Position numbers and translations under genes: made by a program. A stretch of 64,000 nt of DNA from Squalus acanthias (taxonomy: Eukaryota): assembly GCA_030390025.1 (NCBI GenBank), contig JASTWF010000326.1, positions 372,001 through 436,000 of the forward strand, written 5' to 3'. The stretch's first letter is position 1, and each line of letters opens with the position of its first letter. Below are positions 38,937 through 51,177 of the stretch, in pieces. The notes under the pieces were generated by a model, which worked only from the letters and a program-made list of their open reading frames with translations, searched no databases and was not told where the DNA came from.

Positions 38937-41455
38937 AGTCCTTGGGTGGAAGATTTAGGCACAGGTCTCGCCAGGCAGAGATTCAAGGCTCCAATGAGCA
39001 GGGTGTGGCTGGAGTGCAAGATCGACCCTCCCCTTTAAGAACTGTCCGGCGCCAGTGTGTCTGTGTTCCATCGCTAACTGACATCACCTGCACTGCGCCC
39101 GCGCTCTGAGTTAGCGCCTCGCTCCTCGGTCTTTGCGCCTTAAGACAGATGTGTAGCGCCTGATTTAGCGCTCCAATCACCTCCAGGGGCGATAAAAGTC
39201 AAGTTTGCAGTCGGAGGCGATAATTAGCGCCAGGCGCTAATCTTTGCGCCCGGCTGATAATTGCGCCCCAAATGGGGCGGTACTGAATTTCTCCCCCTAA
39301 GAGTTTTAAAAAAACAGAAAAATAAAATTTTATCAATAATTTATACATTTAAAAACTTGTTAAATAAGGTAAGTTTATTTTAGCCCCTTTAAAACATGAG
39401 TAAATTTATCTTTCAAAAATAATTTTTTTGTTTTAAATATTAAATATTAAATGCCATTTTAATTAATTTTAAATGTGATTTTTTAAAAATTTATTTGAAG
39501 TGCAGAGGTATTTTTTGAGGTATTCCCATTCATGCTTATGGGGTTTCCGTACATTCTTTTATTGGTTGGGCCGGTCCATGTGTTCCCGGGGCGCTTGCGA
39601 ACCGCCTGAGCTCCTGAGATACGTGGGCCTCTTCCCGCGAGTACCCAGAGAGGCCCAGGAGCGCGAATCTCCATACCTTCCGGACCACCAGGTACGCGGG
39701 CATTTTACTTGCGGGTCGGAGGCATTTCCCGGTGGGAAGCCTCTGACCGTAAATTCAAGGCCAATAACTTTTAACCCAATGGAGGTCAGCTAAATTGGCA
39801 CAGACCAAGCATTGGACCAGAAACATTAACAGAAACAAAACAGGATGATAGTGAATTTGTCTTCCTGGAATCTTAGACAGGAAGAGGTAAAAAGAGAGAG
39901 CACTCTACACTGAAAATTCTCTGCGCTGTATTGTCCTTCAACACTGAATGACCATCTGTTTTTTACAGCCCAGCACTCATCGAGAGAACAAAAATTGTTT
40001 ATTTGTCTACAGCAGGCCACTGTTAGTCATTCTTCATCAAGGAATGTTTCAGTCTAATACATTCCTGATGATATTTGTTCTCAGATTCTCTGTGTAATTC
40101 CTTCTTGCCCTTTACTGTGGCTTATTGTATTTTCAATTTACCTTTGTAGTAACTGTGTTGTTGTTGGGGTTTTGATAATAATTTCTTATTCCTGTGAGGC
40201 ATATAAGGGGAAATAAGAAAAGACAGAGAAATTAAACGCTCCAAACCTTTGTAACAAACAAATTCTAGTAAAGAAAACAAATCACACTTCAGTACACAAA
40301 TATCTAATGAAGAACTTTAAATTGTAAAAAAAAGTACCCTGAACAATTGAAGTCGCTCTGAAGACTACTCATTCTATTGATTAGTGTCTCTTGAGGAAAA
40401 CAGCCATAGGATGCCCCAAGTTGATTAAATTTACAAAAAACCTCAAATGCAGAAAGTACGCAACTGGTCACTCAGCATCTTAAAGACAAAGGAAGGTAAA
40501 CTTTGAAGAAGAGTTGCACCATGAACGTTCGTCTTTCTTTCTTAACAAGTCCAGTTGATCTGGGTGGTGCAAAATTATGGTTAGGTCTCAATTTTTTGTA
40601 GGAGTAGCCTATTGTAAGAGATCCTCTGAAATGGATTACCTTATAGTTTGCAAAGCTATTAAAGAAATAAAGCAAAAATTAGTACTTCAGAGAAGCAGAA
40701 AGCATAGGCTCACTCTAAGTTCATGCCATTACAATGATTTCAGTGCCGAGTCTATCGGCGAGGACTGCAACAGCGCACCCTGTGGAGGAGCAGGGTATTT
40801 CCGTCAGCAATTTCTGGATTTCCGCATTTAACTGCGCTAGAAGTTGCTGTCAGATTTACCCTGTTATAACGGCAAGCACTGATAGCCTCGCCGTTATTAT
40901 TACAGCAAAATCTGGGCCTATGTTATGTAGCATCAAAAGTAATTTTGTGCAAACATGTTAACCAGTGGACAAAAAATAGCACACAGAGAAAATTAAACCC
41001 ATTACTTTATAGATTTCTCTCTAGATTATTGGTACAGGCCTCTGGATTACTAGTCCAGCAACATAACCACCATACTACCATACCTGAACTATTAAAATAT
41101 TGAAGGTAGTGCTATGTGCATGTACACACTGAATTATGTATTTCCATTATCGACAAACAGTATTCACAAACAGTTTGTAAGTATTGGTTTTATCTTTTTT
41201 ACATTTAATATGTTTGTAGAAGAACTATGATAATACAAATCAAAGTATTTTCTAAGTTTTATTTGTCTGATAAGAATTAGTAAATTGATTGCAATATCTT
41301 AATGTATATATAGGTTTGTTGAATTTTTCCTTTCAATATTGCGCTATATTAAGCCCTGTAGAGGGTATTAATATAAAATAAATCTTGATTAAACTACATT
41401 GCCTCCCGAGCCCCAAGCAAAAGTAGATGGTTGGTTCAAGGGCATTTGTAAGCTG

Positions 41456-42298
41456 TGTAAGACTTTCTCTTACTACTGTTCAGACCTCGAGAATTACAAA
41501 TTAGCTTAACAATGACAGACAAGGATGTGATCAATAAAATTGATCTTTATTCACACTATAGTTCAAAATTCGAGTGTATAGAAGAACCTTTGGCAATAAA
41601 TTCAAAGAACTCTCGGCAATAAATATGCCTGCAATTTATTGATTCAAACTTACATAAAAGTACCCCCTTAACAATTCAAAAGTACATAAAAGTACCCCCT
41701 TTAACAATATCTAAGCTTATGTCTGACTTTCATACATACTCCTTCATCTCTGGGTGATCGGTCAAGGGAAATTGTAAGTCAAAACATAAACCGGTCAGCT
41801 TTCTCATCTCATTCTCCATCCTGCTCTCTCTTCAGTGTTCTTCTGGTTCCTTCGGTGTTCCTTCTTCGGAATCTTGAAAACTCCCATCCCTGGGTTATCG
41901 TAAATTATTCTCTGCCTCCCTCTGACAGGTCAGTTTTAGTCCAAACCTTCCCTGATTGGAATTCCTTCCGCATGACACGTTCCTGTTCCTGTGAGATGTA
42001 TGGGGGCGAGACTTCCTTGTCAATCATGTTCTCCCTTCTTGTCCAGGTGGCCTCTCAAACAAAGAACACATACTGACCACCATTTTGTGTCTTCACAAAC
42101 AAAGAACACATACTGACCACCATTTTGTGTCTTCACAAACAAAGAACACATACTGACCACCATTTTGTGTCTTCACAAACAAAGAACACATGCTGATTTC
42201 TTACATTTTAAATCCGTCCGTTATCATCTTACAATTCGTTCGCAATTTTGATCTCCATACGGTAGCAGCAGTTTTATTACACTTTTCAGAATCTTACA
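41456..42298 (-). mobile_element. Solo LTR
   Basis: TGTAAGA...TCTTACA terminal inverted ends and exact 4-bp TSD GCTG. Orientation is inferred from the position of the tandem repeat and TTTATT. Confidence 0.75.
42056..42191. repeat. 40-bp tandem repeat, about 3.4 identical copies, inside the LTR
   Basis: Unit CAAACAAAGAACACATACTGACCACCATTTTGTGTCTTCA. Confidence 0.95.
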
Positions 42299-42389
42299 GC
42301 TGCTATAACATTTGTAGAAGTGAGAAAACCTTATCTGTTTCATTGAGCGAAGAGATTATGCAGTATCACCTTAAATATCTCCACTACAA

Positions 42390-42830
42390 ACATATGAAAA
42401 ATGACAGACAGGAAAAGACCTATTGTTCCACCCAGCCTGTCTTACATAATTGCAAAGTCTTGTGCATCACAATGCATACACTCCCTACCCCACCCAGAAG
42501 CCACACAATCTCCTGGGAGAGGCGGAAAAGCCAATTAGGGAGAAAAATCTGGAAAATTCCTCTCCGACCCCCTTAAGCGATCATTACTAGTCCAGGAGAC
42601 CACTCTGACTGTGATTAATGTTATACACCTCTTGTACGAAGTGATTTCCGCACCAGCCAGAAACAGGTCCAGCTCTCGCTTAAAGGAATTCAGAGAATCA
42701 GCATTCGCCGCACGAGCTGGCAGCCTGTTCCACTGGTCCACTATTCGCTGGGAAAAGAACCATTTCCGAACATCTAACATAGTTCTGCCTTTACTTAACT
42801 GGAGATTGTGACCCATGGTCCTCATTATGT
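42390..42830 (-). mobile_element. CR1-type LINE 3' fragment
   Basis: RTMGHNLQL...RKWFFSQRIVDQWNRLP...NSFKRELDLFL. Confidence 0.8.
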
Positions 42831-42844
42831 TGTTTCAGAATTGA

Positions 42845-43390
42845 TCAGGGAGAGAACAAAAGACAAAGGTCTGTGTGGAGGGCAGGAGTGATTAAATGAC
42901 AAAAGTGGTGATGGTGCAAGGCAAAAGGAGGTGAAAATGGGATAAAGTAAAGAAGCAAAAGGTGGGTCCAGAGGAGGTGTAAATGGTTGAAGCAGAATAG
43001 CAGAGGGGGAGGGAAGCATGAAAAATCTGGCTCCCATGGCCTGTAAATGTAACGGAATAAAAGCATGTTGACCCCGTGGGATGCGGACCTTGTAACAATA
43101 GGGGAAACCCACCCCAAGCACCAGCCCACACCTCCTCCACTCCTGGTGGCTCTGGTGCAGCTATCCTCCATTACCAGCACCTGCTGTCCTTTTCCCTTTG
43201 TTCTTTCCCTGCCCCTTTTCCCTGACTCTGTACTTGCTTAAAAGCTGCTCATCTCTTCCAGTACTGATGGAAGGTCATTGACCTGAAACGTTAACTCTGT
43301 ATCTTACTGTGCAGACGCTGCCTGACCTGCTGAGTGATTCCACATTTTCTGTTTATATTTCAGATTTCCAGCATCCGCAGTATTTTTCTT
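42845..43390. mobile_element. Penelope-like terminal fragments
   Basis: GACCTGAAACGTTAACTCTG...GCTGCCTGACCTGCTGAGT...TTCAGATTTCCAGCATCCGCAGTA resembles a Penelope-associated tail as I recall it. No ORF evidence. Confidence 0.5.
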
Positions 43391-44192
43391 TTTTTTTTGT
43401 ATGTATTGGCAGTATTCTTGTAATCTACATCTTGATCAAAGAAAATGCCTTCCCTTAAAAATCTGGCAATTAAAAACATTTTCGAATTTAAGCAACAAAG
43501 AATATTGAGTTTTCATAAAGTTTTGAAAAGCATATCCTTATTTTACTGTCACCTCCATAAAGGTATACGGTGTGAGGACAAATTTGTTGAGCCTCACAGT
43601 TAGGCCTGAGGGATGGCAGATACTGTGATTGTAATTATTAAACCACCTGTGCCAAAGCTGTATCCTCCAGGCAGAATTATGTTGTACAAGAAGAACTCTC
43701 CATTCACAACATGCATAATTTATTATGTGTCAAATTACTGGGAGCGCATTAAGTATGAAGCAGTGAATAGCAGAATATAATGATGCATTCATTGTCCTCA
43801 CAAGTTAACATCAGTTACCCATAATTCCCCATCATAAGCAATACAACATAATAATTTTAGTCTATTATTCTGCCTTGACAAGTCAATTGATGCAGACTGC
43901 TTCTCGTGTTTAATACATTACGAGCTAAATTTTGTTCCAATTTGGTTTGGGGTCTTTTGAGGAATTTTGTATCTCACTCTTCTAAGATATGTGCCATATT
44001 TATTTTTTAGTAATGAATGTATCTTTAATGTTTACAAATCAATAATTTATCTGCAAACTGTTCCATTCTGAAAAAAATGTTTATAATTAAAAAAATAATT
44101 CTTTCACCTAAGTAAAGTAACTGATTTTGGATTTGTAAATTTTAAAATAAAGTAACAGCTATTGGGAGTACAGACACGTCAGAAAGAAGAAT

Positions 44193-46116
44193 GGGTCAGA
44201 TTTTTCTCTCAAAATAAAGGTGAGGCTAATGGTGCTCCCTGTTATTTATGCGCAAATGGTACAGCAACTTCAGGCGAGGGGCAGATGTGCGGTTAAACTT
44301 TTCTTTTGTCCCTTTTTTCTCTTTCTCAATCCAATCTTTCATTCCCTCTCATTGGCCGCGATTTTGCCAGCGCTCAGAGGGCAGGTTCGGAGGCGGGTCA
44401 GCTGTTAAATTCAAAATGATTGACGGCGGGTTGGGAACCCGCCGCGAACCCACCTCCAGTATCCAAAGTGTCGGGTTTGCGACTTCAGAACACCAAGCAG
44501 CAGGAGAGGCATTTAAGGTAGTTAACTACTTGTTAACTACTATTTTGACAGCCTTTTTCTATTTTCCCGCATTTTTAATGGGGTTCCCGTCGTTCGGAGA
44601 TCACGTCAGGTAAGTGTGTCGGGGTCTCTATGTCTCCCCATTGCTGTGAATAGGTGACAGCTGCAAAAGTTGTATGAAAGCTTCCATTTCACAGCTGGTC
44701 ACTTTCCAATGTCAGAAGCTTGAGCCTTCAGGACTTGGAAGACACTTTGGAATTGTATGCAGTTTGGAAGTGTTTGGAGTAAACTCTCTATCCACTGTCA
44801 CCTCCTTGGAGCAAGCTCTCTCATCATTGACAGATCACTTCTGCCATCTCAACTTCAGCTGCCATCTATTCCAGCAACATCAATGCCCTTGAAAAAAATC
44901 TCTCCTTGGTCCTCTGAATCCCTATACGAACAGCCCCAACACCAACATCACCAGGCATACCAACATCACCATCAACAACACCAACCTTCTCTGCAATCAC
45001 CTGATGCTGCACAGGACACAGGGCATCAGCACCTGGCCACATTGCTGCCCGGGAGGCCAGTGATGGCATCACCATGGCCAGATTTACTTCACTTGACACT
45101 GTACACCCTGGCTGCCACATGATGTGTCAGGTTGGCACCACCCCACACCAGCACCACAAAACATTCCTACAATGACCAAGCTGTTCCTTTCACACTCATC
45201 ACCATTGCGGGGGATACCTTTCTGTCTCACCATTTACTGCAACTCACAAAGACACTTCCAAAGGTGAACACAGATCTGTACAATAAGGCAAAGTGTTGTA
45301 AATAAAGATTTCAATGTTTGACAACACATTAACAGAAAATTTACATGAACATTGCATAAGACACCCAAGTGCCTACCCTTGTGTATTGTTAGTTGGTATG
45401 ATTGGACTAGGATGAGGGTGAGTGTGAGGGGTGGCTAGTGAGATGAGGAAGTAATAATGTAGATAGAGAGGGATGGGTGGAGGTGCAAGGTATGTTGGTG
45501 TGAGTAAGGATGTGCAGGAGTAGGGTAGGGAAGGCTGAGTGATGGAGATGTGATAAGTGGCACGGCAGGATGAGGTTGAGTGGCTTTGCAGTAATATTTC
45601 ATGATCTACTGAGATCATTGAAAGGTTTGCGCCACTGCAGTCAGGTCCTCCTGACAACATCCCTGCTTTTGCCCTCCTGTGCAATGTGCAACCAGGCTGC
45701 GTTGGTGTCCTGGGGAGGTCTCTTCCGCCCATGCAAAGGGAAGTGAACCTCTCTGCGTGCTTTGACTCCCTCCATAAGCATATGGAGGGAGTTATGGGAG
45801 AGCCTGGGTGCAGCCCTGTGCCTTTGTGCAGTGCTTGTCAGTGTTTGCAGCACCTCAATGCTGTAGAACACTGACAGCACAACTGTCAAAATTAATGTGG
45901 CCATGGTCCCTTTAAGGAAATCGGCTGGTGACGCATCATCAAATGATGTCATCAGACCCGCTTATTATTCATTGGCCAGGAACCCCGCAGGGCGGGCTTA
46001 ACATGGCCAATCTACAGAAAATCCTTTTCACAGAGCGGTTGCAGCCGGGAGCGGGACCGGAACCCACTAACCAGCTCTCCCGCCGCCATCCCGCCTCCGC
46101 TGGGAAAATCCAGCCC
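44193..46116. mobile_element. Internally deleted Harbinger element retaining Myb exon 1 (minus, about 45590-45830)
   Basis: RHRAAPRLSHNSLHMLMEGV...AAWLHIAQE. Right TIR AAAATCCAGCCC. The left part is homologous to 52966-53690; the left boundary is tentative. Confidence 0.7.
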
Positions 46117-46359
46117 ATTATTTCTGTACCTGATTTGACACTGAATTTAGCCAAACCAATTTATACTTTCTTCTCAGTCCTTGCGCTGTTTATTTACAAT
46201 CCTTCAATCTGATTGGTTAAAGAGATACACTCTTGCTTGTCCTGTTCACTCTGGTCCCAGATGCCCAGTTTCTTTCACTGTGCCGCTATCTGCTCACACT
46301 TTCAGCAACTTGAAAAGCCTAAATGTGCAAAGAAAGTCTAACTAACAGCAGTTTTTAAA

Positions 46360-47288
46360 AATTCATTCCTGGGATGTGGGCGTCGCTGGCAAGGCCAGCA
46401 TTTATTGCCCATCCCTAATTGCCCTTGAGAAGGTGGTGGTGAGCCGCCTTCTTGAACTGCTGCAGTCCGTGTGGTGAAGGTACTCCCACAGTGCTGTTAG
46501 GGAAGGAGTTCCAGGATTTTGACCCAGCGACGATGAAGAAACGGCAATATATTTCCAAGTCAGGATGGTGTGTGACTTGGAGGGGAAATTGCAGGTGATG
46601 GTGTTCCCATGCACCTGCAGCCCTTGTCCTTCTAGGTGGTAGAGGTCGTGGGTTTGGGACATGCTGCTGAAAAAGCCTTGGCGAGTTGCTGCAGTGCATC
46701 TTGTAGATGGTACACACTGCAGCCACGGTGTACCGGTGGTGGAGGGAGTGAATGTTTAAGGTGATGGATGTGGTGCCAATCAAGCAGGCTGCTTTGTTCT
46801 GGATGGCGTCGAGCTTCTTGAGTGTTGATGGAGCTGCACTCATCCAGGCAAGTGGAGAGTATTCCATCACACTCCTGACTTGTGCCTTGTAGATGGTGGA
46901 AAGGCTTTGGGGAGTCAGCAGGTGAGTCACTCGCCGCAGAATACACAACCTCTGACCTGCTCTTGTCGCCACAGTATTTATGTGGCTGGTCCAGTTAAGT
47001 TTCTGGTCAATAGTGACGCCCCCCCCACCCCCCACCACCCCCCGCAGGATGTTGATGGTGGGGGATTCGATGCTGGTAAGGCTGTTGAATGTCAAGATGT
47101 GGTTAGACTCTCTCTTATTGGAGATGTTCATTGCCTGGCACTTGTATGGTGCAAATGTTACTTGCCACTTATCAGCCCAAGCCTGAATGTTGTCCAGTTG
47201 TACTGCATGTGGGCACGAACTGCTTCATTATCTGAGGAGTTACGAATGGAACTGAACACTGTGCAAGCATCAGCGAACATCCCCACTA
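46360..47288 (-). mobile_element. CR1-group LINE (second family) 3' fragment
   Basis: ORF 46415-47131 reads GVTIDQKLNWTSHI...YKAQVRSVMEYSPLAW...WNSFP. Confidence 0.85.
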
Positions 47289-47349
47289 GAGGCTATTGTA
47301 GTATTGACATTCTTCCCGTAGATTCCGCTAGCACATATACGGAATACAT

Positions 47350-48040
47350 GGCCCAGAAATTCCGTTCGCAGGCCTCCCGCGGGCGGAGGGCTGCGATCTT
47401 GAAAAATCTGCGCCTGGACTGGAGGGCTCCCGGGAGGCATAGAGTTCCGTTGCTGGGCCTCTCCAAACTACAAGTGCGCAGGGCCCACGTATCCCAGAGG
47501 TGCAGGCGGTTTGCAGCATCCCTGGGATCACGTGGGCCATGGGGAGCCAATCAGAGAAGGGAATCTCCCTTCATACATTTGACAGGAAGACCTGTCAAAT
47601 CTATGAATAGAGATCACCCCCAAAACATAGTAAAACTTAAACAAAAATTTTATTTCTTGAAAAAAATAATTAACGTTTTTAACAGGGCTAAAAATAAACT
47701 TACCTTTCTTTAAAATATTTTTAAATGATAAATCTGTGGAAATTTTATTTTTAACTTTCTTCTACTCTTATCCTGGTAAAAGCAGGCCTTATGCCTGCTT
47801 TTACCAGGCGCAAGAATTGTAAGTGTTTTCTGCGGGCGGAGGGTCTCCAAAAAACGGAATTTTCCACCCGCAGAGGCCCTGCTCCCGGGCGGGCGGAGGA
47901 TCTGTCAAGAGCTTTCTTGACAGATCGGAAATGCCGGTTTCCAGCGCATGCGCAGTGCATGCCTAAAACCGGCATTTCCGTTGGCCCTACGGGTGAGTAC
48001 ACAGCGCGTACACACCCCAAGGGAACGGAATTTCTGGCTC
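47350..48040. mobile_element. Harbinger-type MITE (empty-site relative)
   Basis: TIRs GGCCCAGAAATTCCGTTC / GAACGGAATTTCTGGCTC, CAT TSD. Inverted relative of 50450-51177. Confidence 0.9.
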
Positions 48041-48700
48041 CATATTACACTTACCAGCCACAATAAAGATTTCTGAAGCAGAGTGACATTACTTCAGTAC
48101 TTTTCCCCATTTTGACTCTTTTGGTCCAGTTTGGGAGTCATGAGAATTGGCAATGGGACTCCTGTTTTATAATTTATCTAAAAGTGTATGGATAGAAAGA
48201 TGGATTTAATTTCAAAGTGTAAGAATTCCAATGTACCAAATGAATACTGTAAACTCCAGAAGGATAAAACAAAGTGATTTACAAAGATATGGTATCATGC
48301 ATTTCACTTTAGCAAAAAAGGTAACAATATTTTCTCTCATTTTCATCAGACAATAAATAACTGCTTGCAATAAATTATTTAATCACAGATTATATTGAAC
48401 AAAATTGTGTTAACATTTCTGGCACTTTAAGGTTAGTCTCTGTGCTGTGGATAATGCAATTGGTGATGGATGCTGTCTAATTGCTTTTGCAACCACCCTC
48501 ATCTCTTTAAGTTGTATTTTCTCTCAACCAGTTAGCCTACATTCACTTATCTCTCTTATCTCTGTCAGGCTCTTCTTCTTAAAGAGAGAGAAAAAAGAAT
48601 TGAAGATGACTTTCATTCAAGCACCTTCCAAAAAATTCTCATTGGCTCAACGGCAACATTGAGAACAAGTCACATCATAAATGGAGCCTAATGAATTATT

Positions 48701-50365
48701 GGGCCATAATTTGCAGCCCCTACGGTTGCATACGAGGTGTGTACGCGCTCATAAGGGCAGCGCAAGTTCCGGGTTTTCGTGCGCAAAGCGCATGTGCAAA
48801 AACTTGGAACTTGCGATCTGTAAAGAATTTTCTTGACAGATCCTCCGCATTCTCGGGAAAAGGGCATCTGCGGGTGGAGAGTTGAGCTATTTGCCCAACT
48901 TCTGCCCAGTGAATGCCCGTGAAATTCTTATGCCTGGTAAAAGTAGGCGTAAGGCCTGCTTTTACCAGTGTAAGGGGGAAAAATTCGGTTGATTAGCGCC
49001 TCCCGTTAGCACCCTAGGAGGGCGCTAACGGGGCTCAAAGCAACCAGCGCCCGGGCGCGGCGATGTTTGCGTCACTCGTGAAATTGACCAGACATTTTGC
49101 GACGGCACTAATCACTACCGCCATGATCTCCTGCGCCTGCAGATCATGACATCAGTCGAGTGTGCAACGCCCTGGTAGCGCCCCGCGCCGGATATTGAGT
49201 GGCGGCCCCTGCCTTTCCGCCTGCCGCTGGCAACGACAGGTAGAGGGGAATGTTTTGCGGTCGGGAAGGGACTGGGGGAGCGCTATTTAAAGGCGACCAC
49301 TTCCTGCCTTTTTTTGTCAGTGACAGTTTTGCACCACGCATTCTGAGAGAGAGAGAGAGACTTCTGGAGAGATTCAACGCTGCGTGAAGGAGTTTTGGGT
49401 ACTGAGCAGCACTTTGCAGGTTCATTTTGATTTGACCTTCCTTGCATCGATTTAGAAGAGACTCGGGGGGCTGCACTCTGACCTCTTTCCCTGGGCCTCT
49501 CCATTGTTCTTTCCAGCAGAATTGATGTACAGGTCTCTCCAGGCCGAGATTCAAGGCTACAATGAGCAGGGTGTGGCTGGAGAGCAAGATCAACCCTCCC
49601 CTTTAAGAACTGGCCGGCACCATTGAGTCTGTGTTCCATTGCTAACTGACATCACATGAGCTTCGCCAGCGCTCTGAGGTAGTGCCTCGCTCCTCGGCGT
49701 TAGCGCCTTAATGGAGGTGTGTAGCGCCTGATTTAGCGCTCCAATCACCTCCAGGGGCGATAGAAGCCAAGATTGCAGTCGGAGGCAATAATTAGCGCCA
49801 GGCGCTAAACTTTGCGCCCGGCCGATAATTGCGCCCCAAACGGGGCGATACCGAATTTCTCCCCCTAAGAGTTTAAAAAAACATAAAAATAAAATGTTTT
49901 CAATCATTTATACATTAAAAACCCTGCGCAATAAGGTAACTTTATTTTTAGCCCTGTTAAAATATGTAAAAAAAATAAATTAAGTTTTTGTTTTAAATAT
50001 TTAATTAAATGCCATTTTAATTAATTTTAAATATGTAATTTAAAAAAAATGTATTTGATGTGTAGATGTATCTTTTGGGGTATTCCCATTCATGATTATG
50101 GGGTTTCTGTACATAAGGAATCCCCACAAACATGAATGGGGATTCCTTTCTTTTATAGGTTGGGCCGGCCCATGTGATCCCAGGGACACTTGTGAACCGC
50201 CTGCGACCCTGGGATGCATGGATACATGGGCCTCTTCCCGTGGGTACCCGGAGAGGCCCAGGACTGCGAGTCTCCGTACTGCCTGGACCACCAGGTATGC
50301 GGGCATTTTATTTGCGGATTGGAGGCATTTCCCCGCGGGAAGCCTCCGACCGCAAATTCAGGGCC
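48701..50365. mobile_element. Host MITE split by the element at 48974-49865
   Basis: TIRs GGGCCATAATTTGCAG / CCGCAAATTCAGGGCC, ATT TSD. Confidence 0.85.
48974..49865 (+). mobile_element. Complete non-autonomous Harbinger derivative (892 bp)
   Basis: TIRs GGGGGAAAAATTCGGT / ACCGAATTTCTCCCCC, TAA TSD. Consists of the two ends of a 35135-39297-like element. Confidence 0.95.
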
Positions 50366-50449
50366 ATTATATTGTTTTATAGTAGAAATTATTTGTTCTT
50401 TGGGAGCTAACTGATTAATAATTGAAGCTGGTGAGCAGTTGTATATAAT

Positions 50450-51177
50450 GGTGCCGAAATTCCAATCCCTACGGGTGTGTACGCGCTGTATACTCACCCG
50501 TAGGGACATTGGAAATGCCGGTTTCAGGCATGCACTGAGCATGCGCTGGAAACTGGCATTTCTGATCTGTCAAGAAAGCTCTTGACAGATCCTCTGGCTG
50601 CCCGGGAGAAGGGCCTCTGCGGGTGGAGAGTTCCGTTTTTTGGAGACCCTCCGCCCGCAGAAAACACTTACAATTCTTGCGCCTGGTAAAAGCTGGCGTA
50701 AGGCTTGCTTTTACCGGGATAAGAGTTGAAAAAAGTTTTTAAAAAAAATTTCCACTGATTTATCATTTAAAAATACTTTAAAGAAAGGTAAGTTTATTTT
50801 TAGCCCCGTTAAAAACTTGAATTCTTTTTTTCAAAAAATAAATTTTTTGTTTAAAATACTTAATTTATTGTAATTTAAAGTCATTTAAAAAATGTGATGG
50901 CTTTTTAAAAATGTATTTAAAGTTTTACTATGTTTTGGGGGTGATCTCTATTCATATATTTGACAGGTCTTCCTGTCAAATGTATGAAGGGAGATTTCCT
51001 TCTCTGATTGGCTCCCCATGACCCACGTGATCCCAGAGACGCTGCGAACCGCCTGCGCCTCTGGGATACGTGGGCCCTGCGCACCGGCAGTTTGGAGAGG
51101 CCCAGCAACGGAACTCTACGCCTCCCGGGAGCCCTCCGGTCTTGGCGCAGGAGGCCTGCGATCGGAATTTCTGGGCC
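50450..51177. mobile_element. Harbinger-type MITE (empty-site relative)
   Basis: Reverse-complement homologue of 47350-48040 with TIR-like ends. TSD is not preserved. Confidence 0.85.

Larger units (their letters stand above)
35135..39297. mobile_element. Near-intact autonomous-type PIF/Harbinger transposon (4163 bp)
   Basis: TIRs GGGGGAAAAATTCAGT / ACTGAATTTCTCCCCC (15/16 match), TAA TSD. Transposase on + and Myb gene on -, convergent. Confidence 0.95.
34873..39762. mobile_element. Host MITE split by the Harbinger at 35135-39297
   Basis: Left part 34873-35134 and right part 39298-39762 correspond to 48701-48973 and 49866-50365. TIR-like ends present. Confidence 0.8.

Noticed and set aside
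40420..40431. AGTTGATTAAAT, complementary to the Gypsy PBS region
   Set aside because: An isolated AT-rich 12-mer 20 kb away with no flanking LTR similarity; treated as chance.
46880..47713. 277-aa plus-strand ORF
   Set aside because: It runs antisense through a LINE and into a MITE, so it is an artefact of adjacent repeats.
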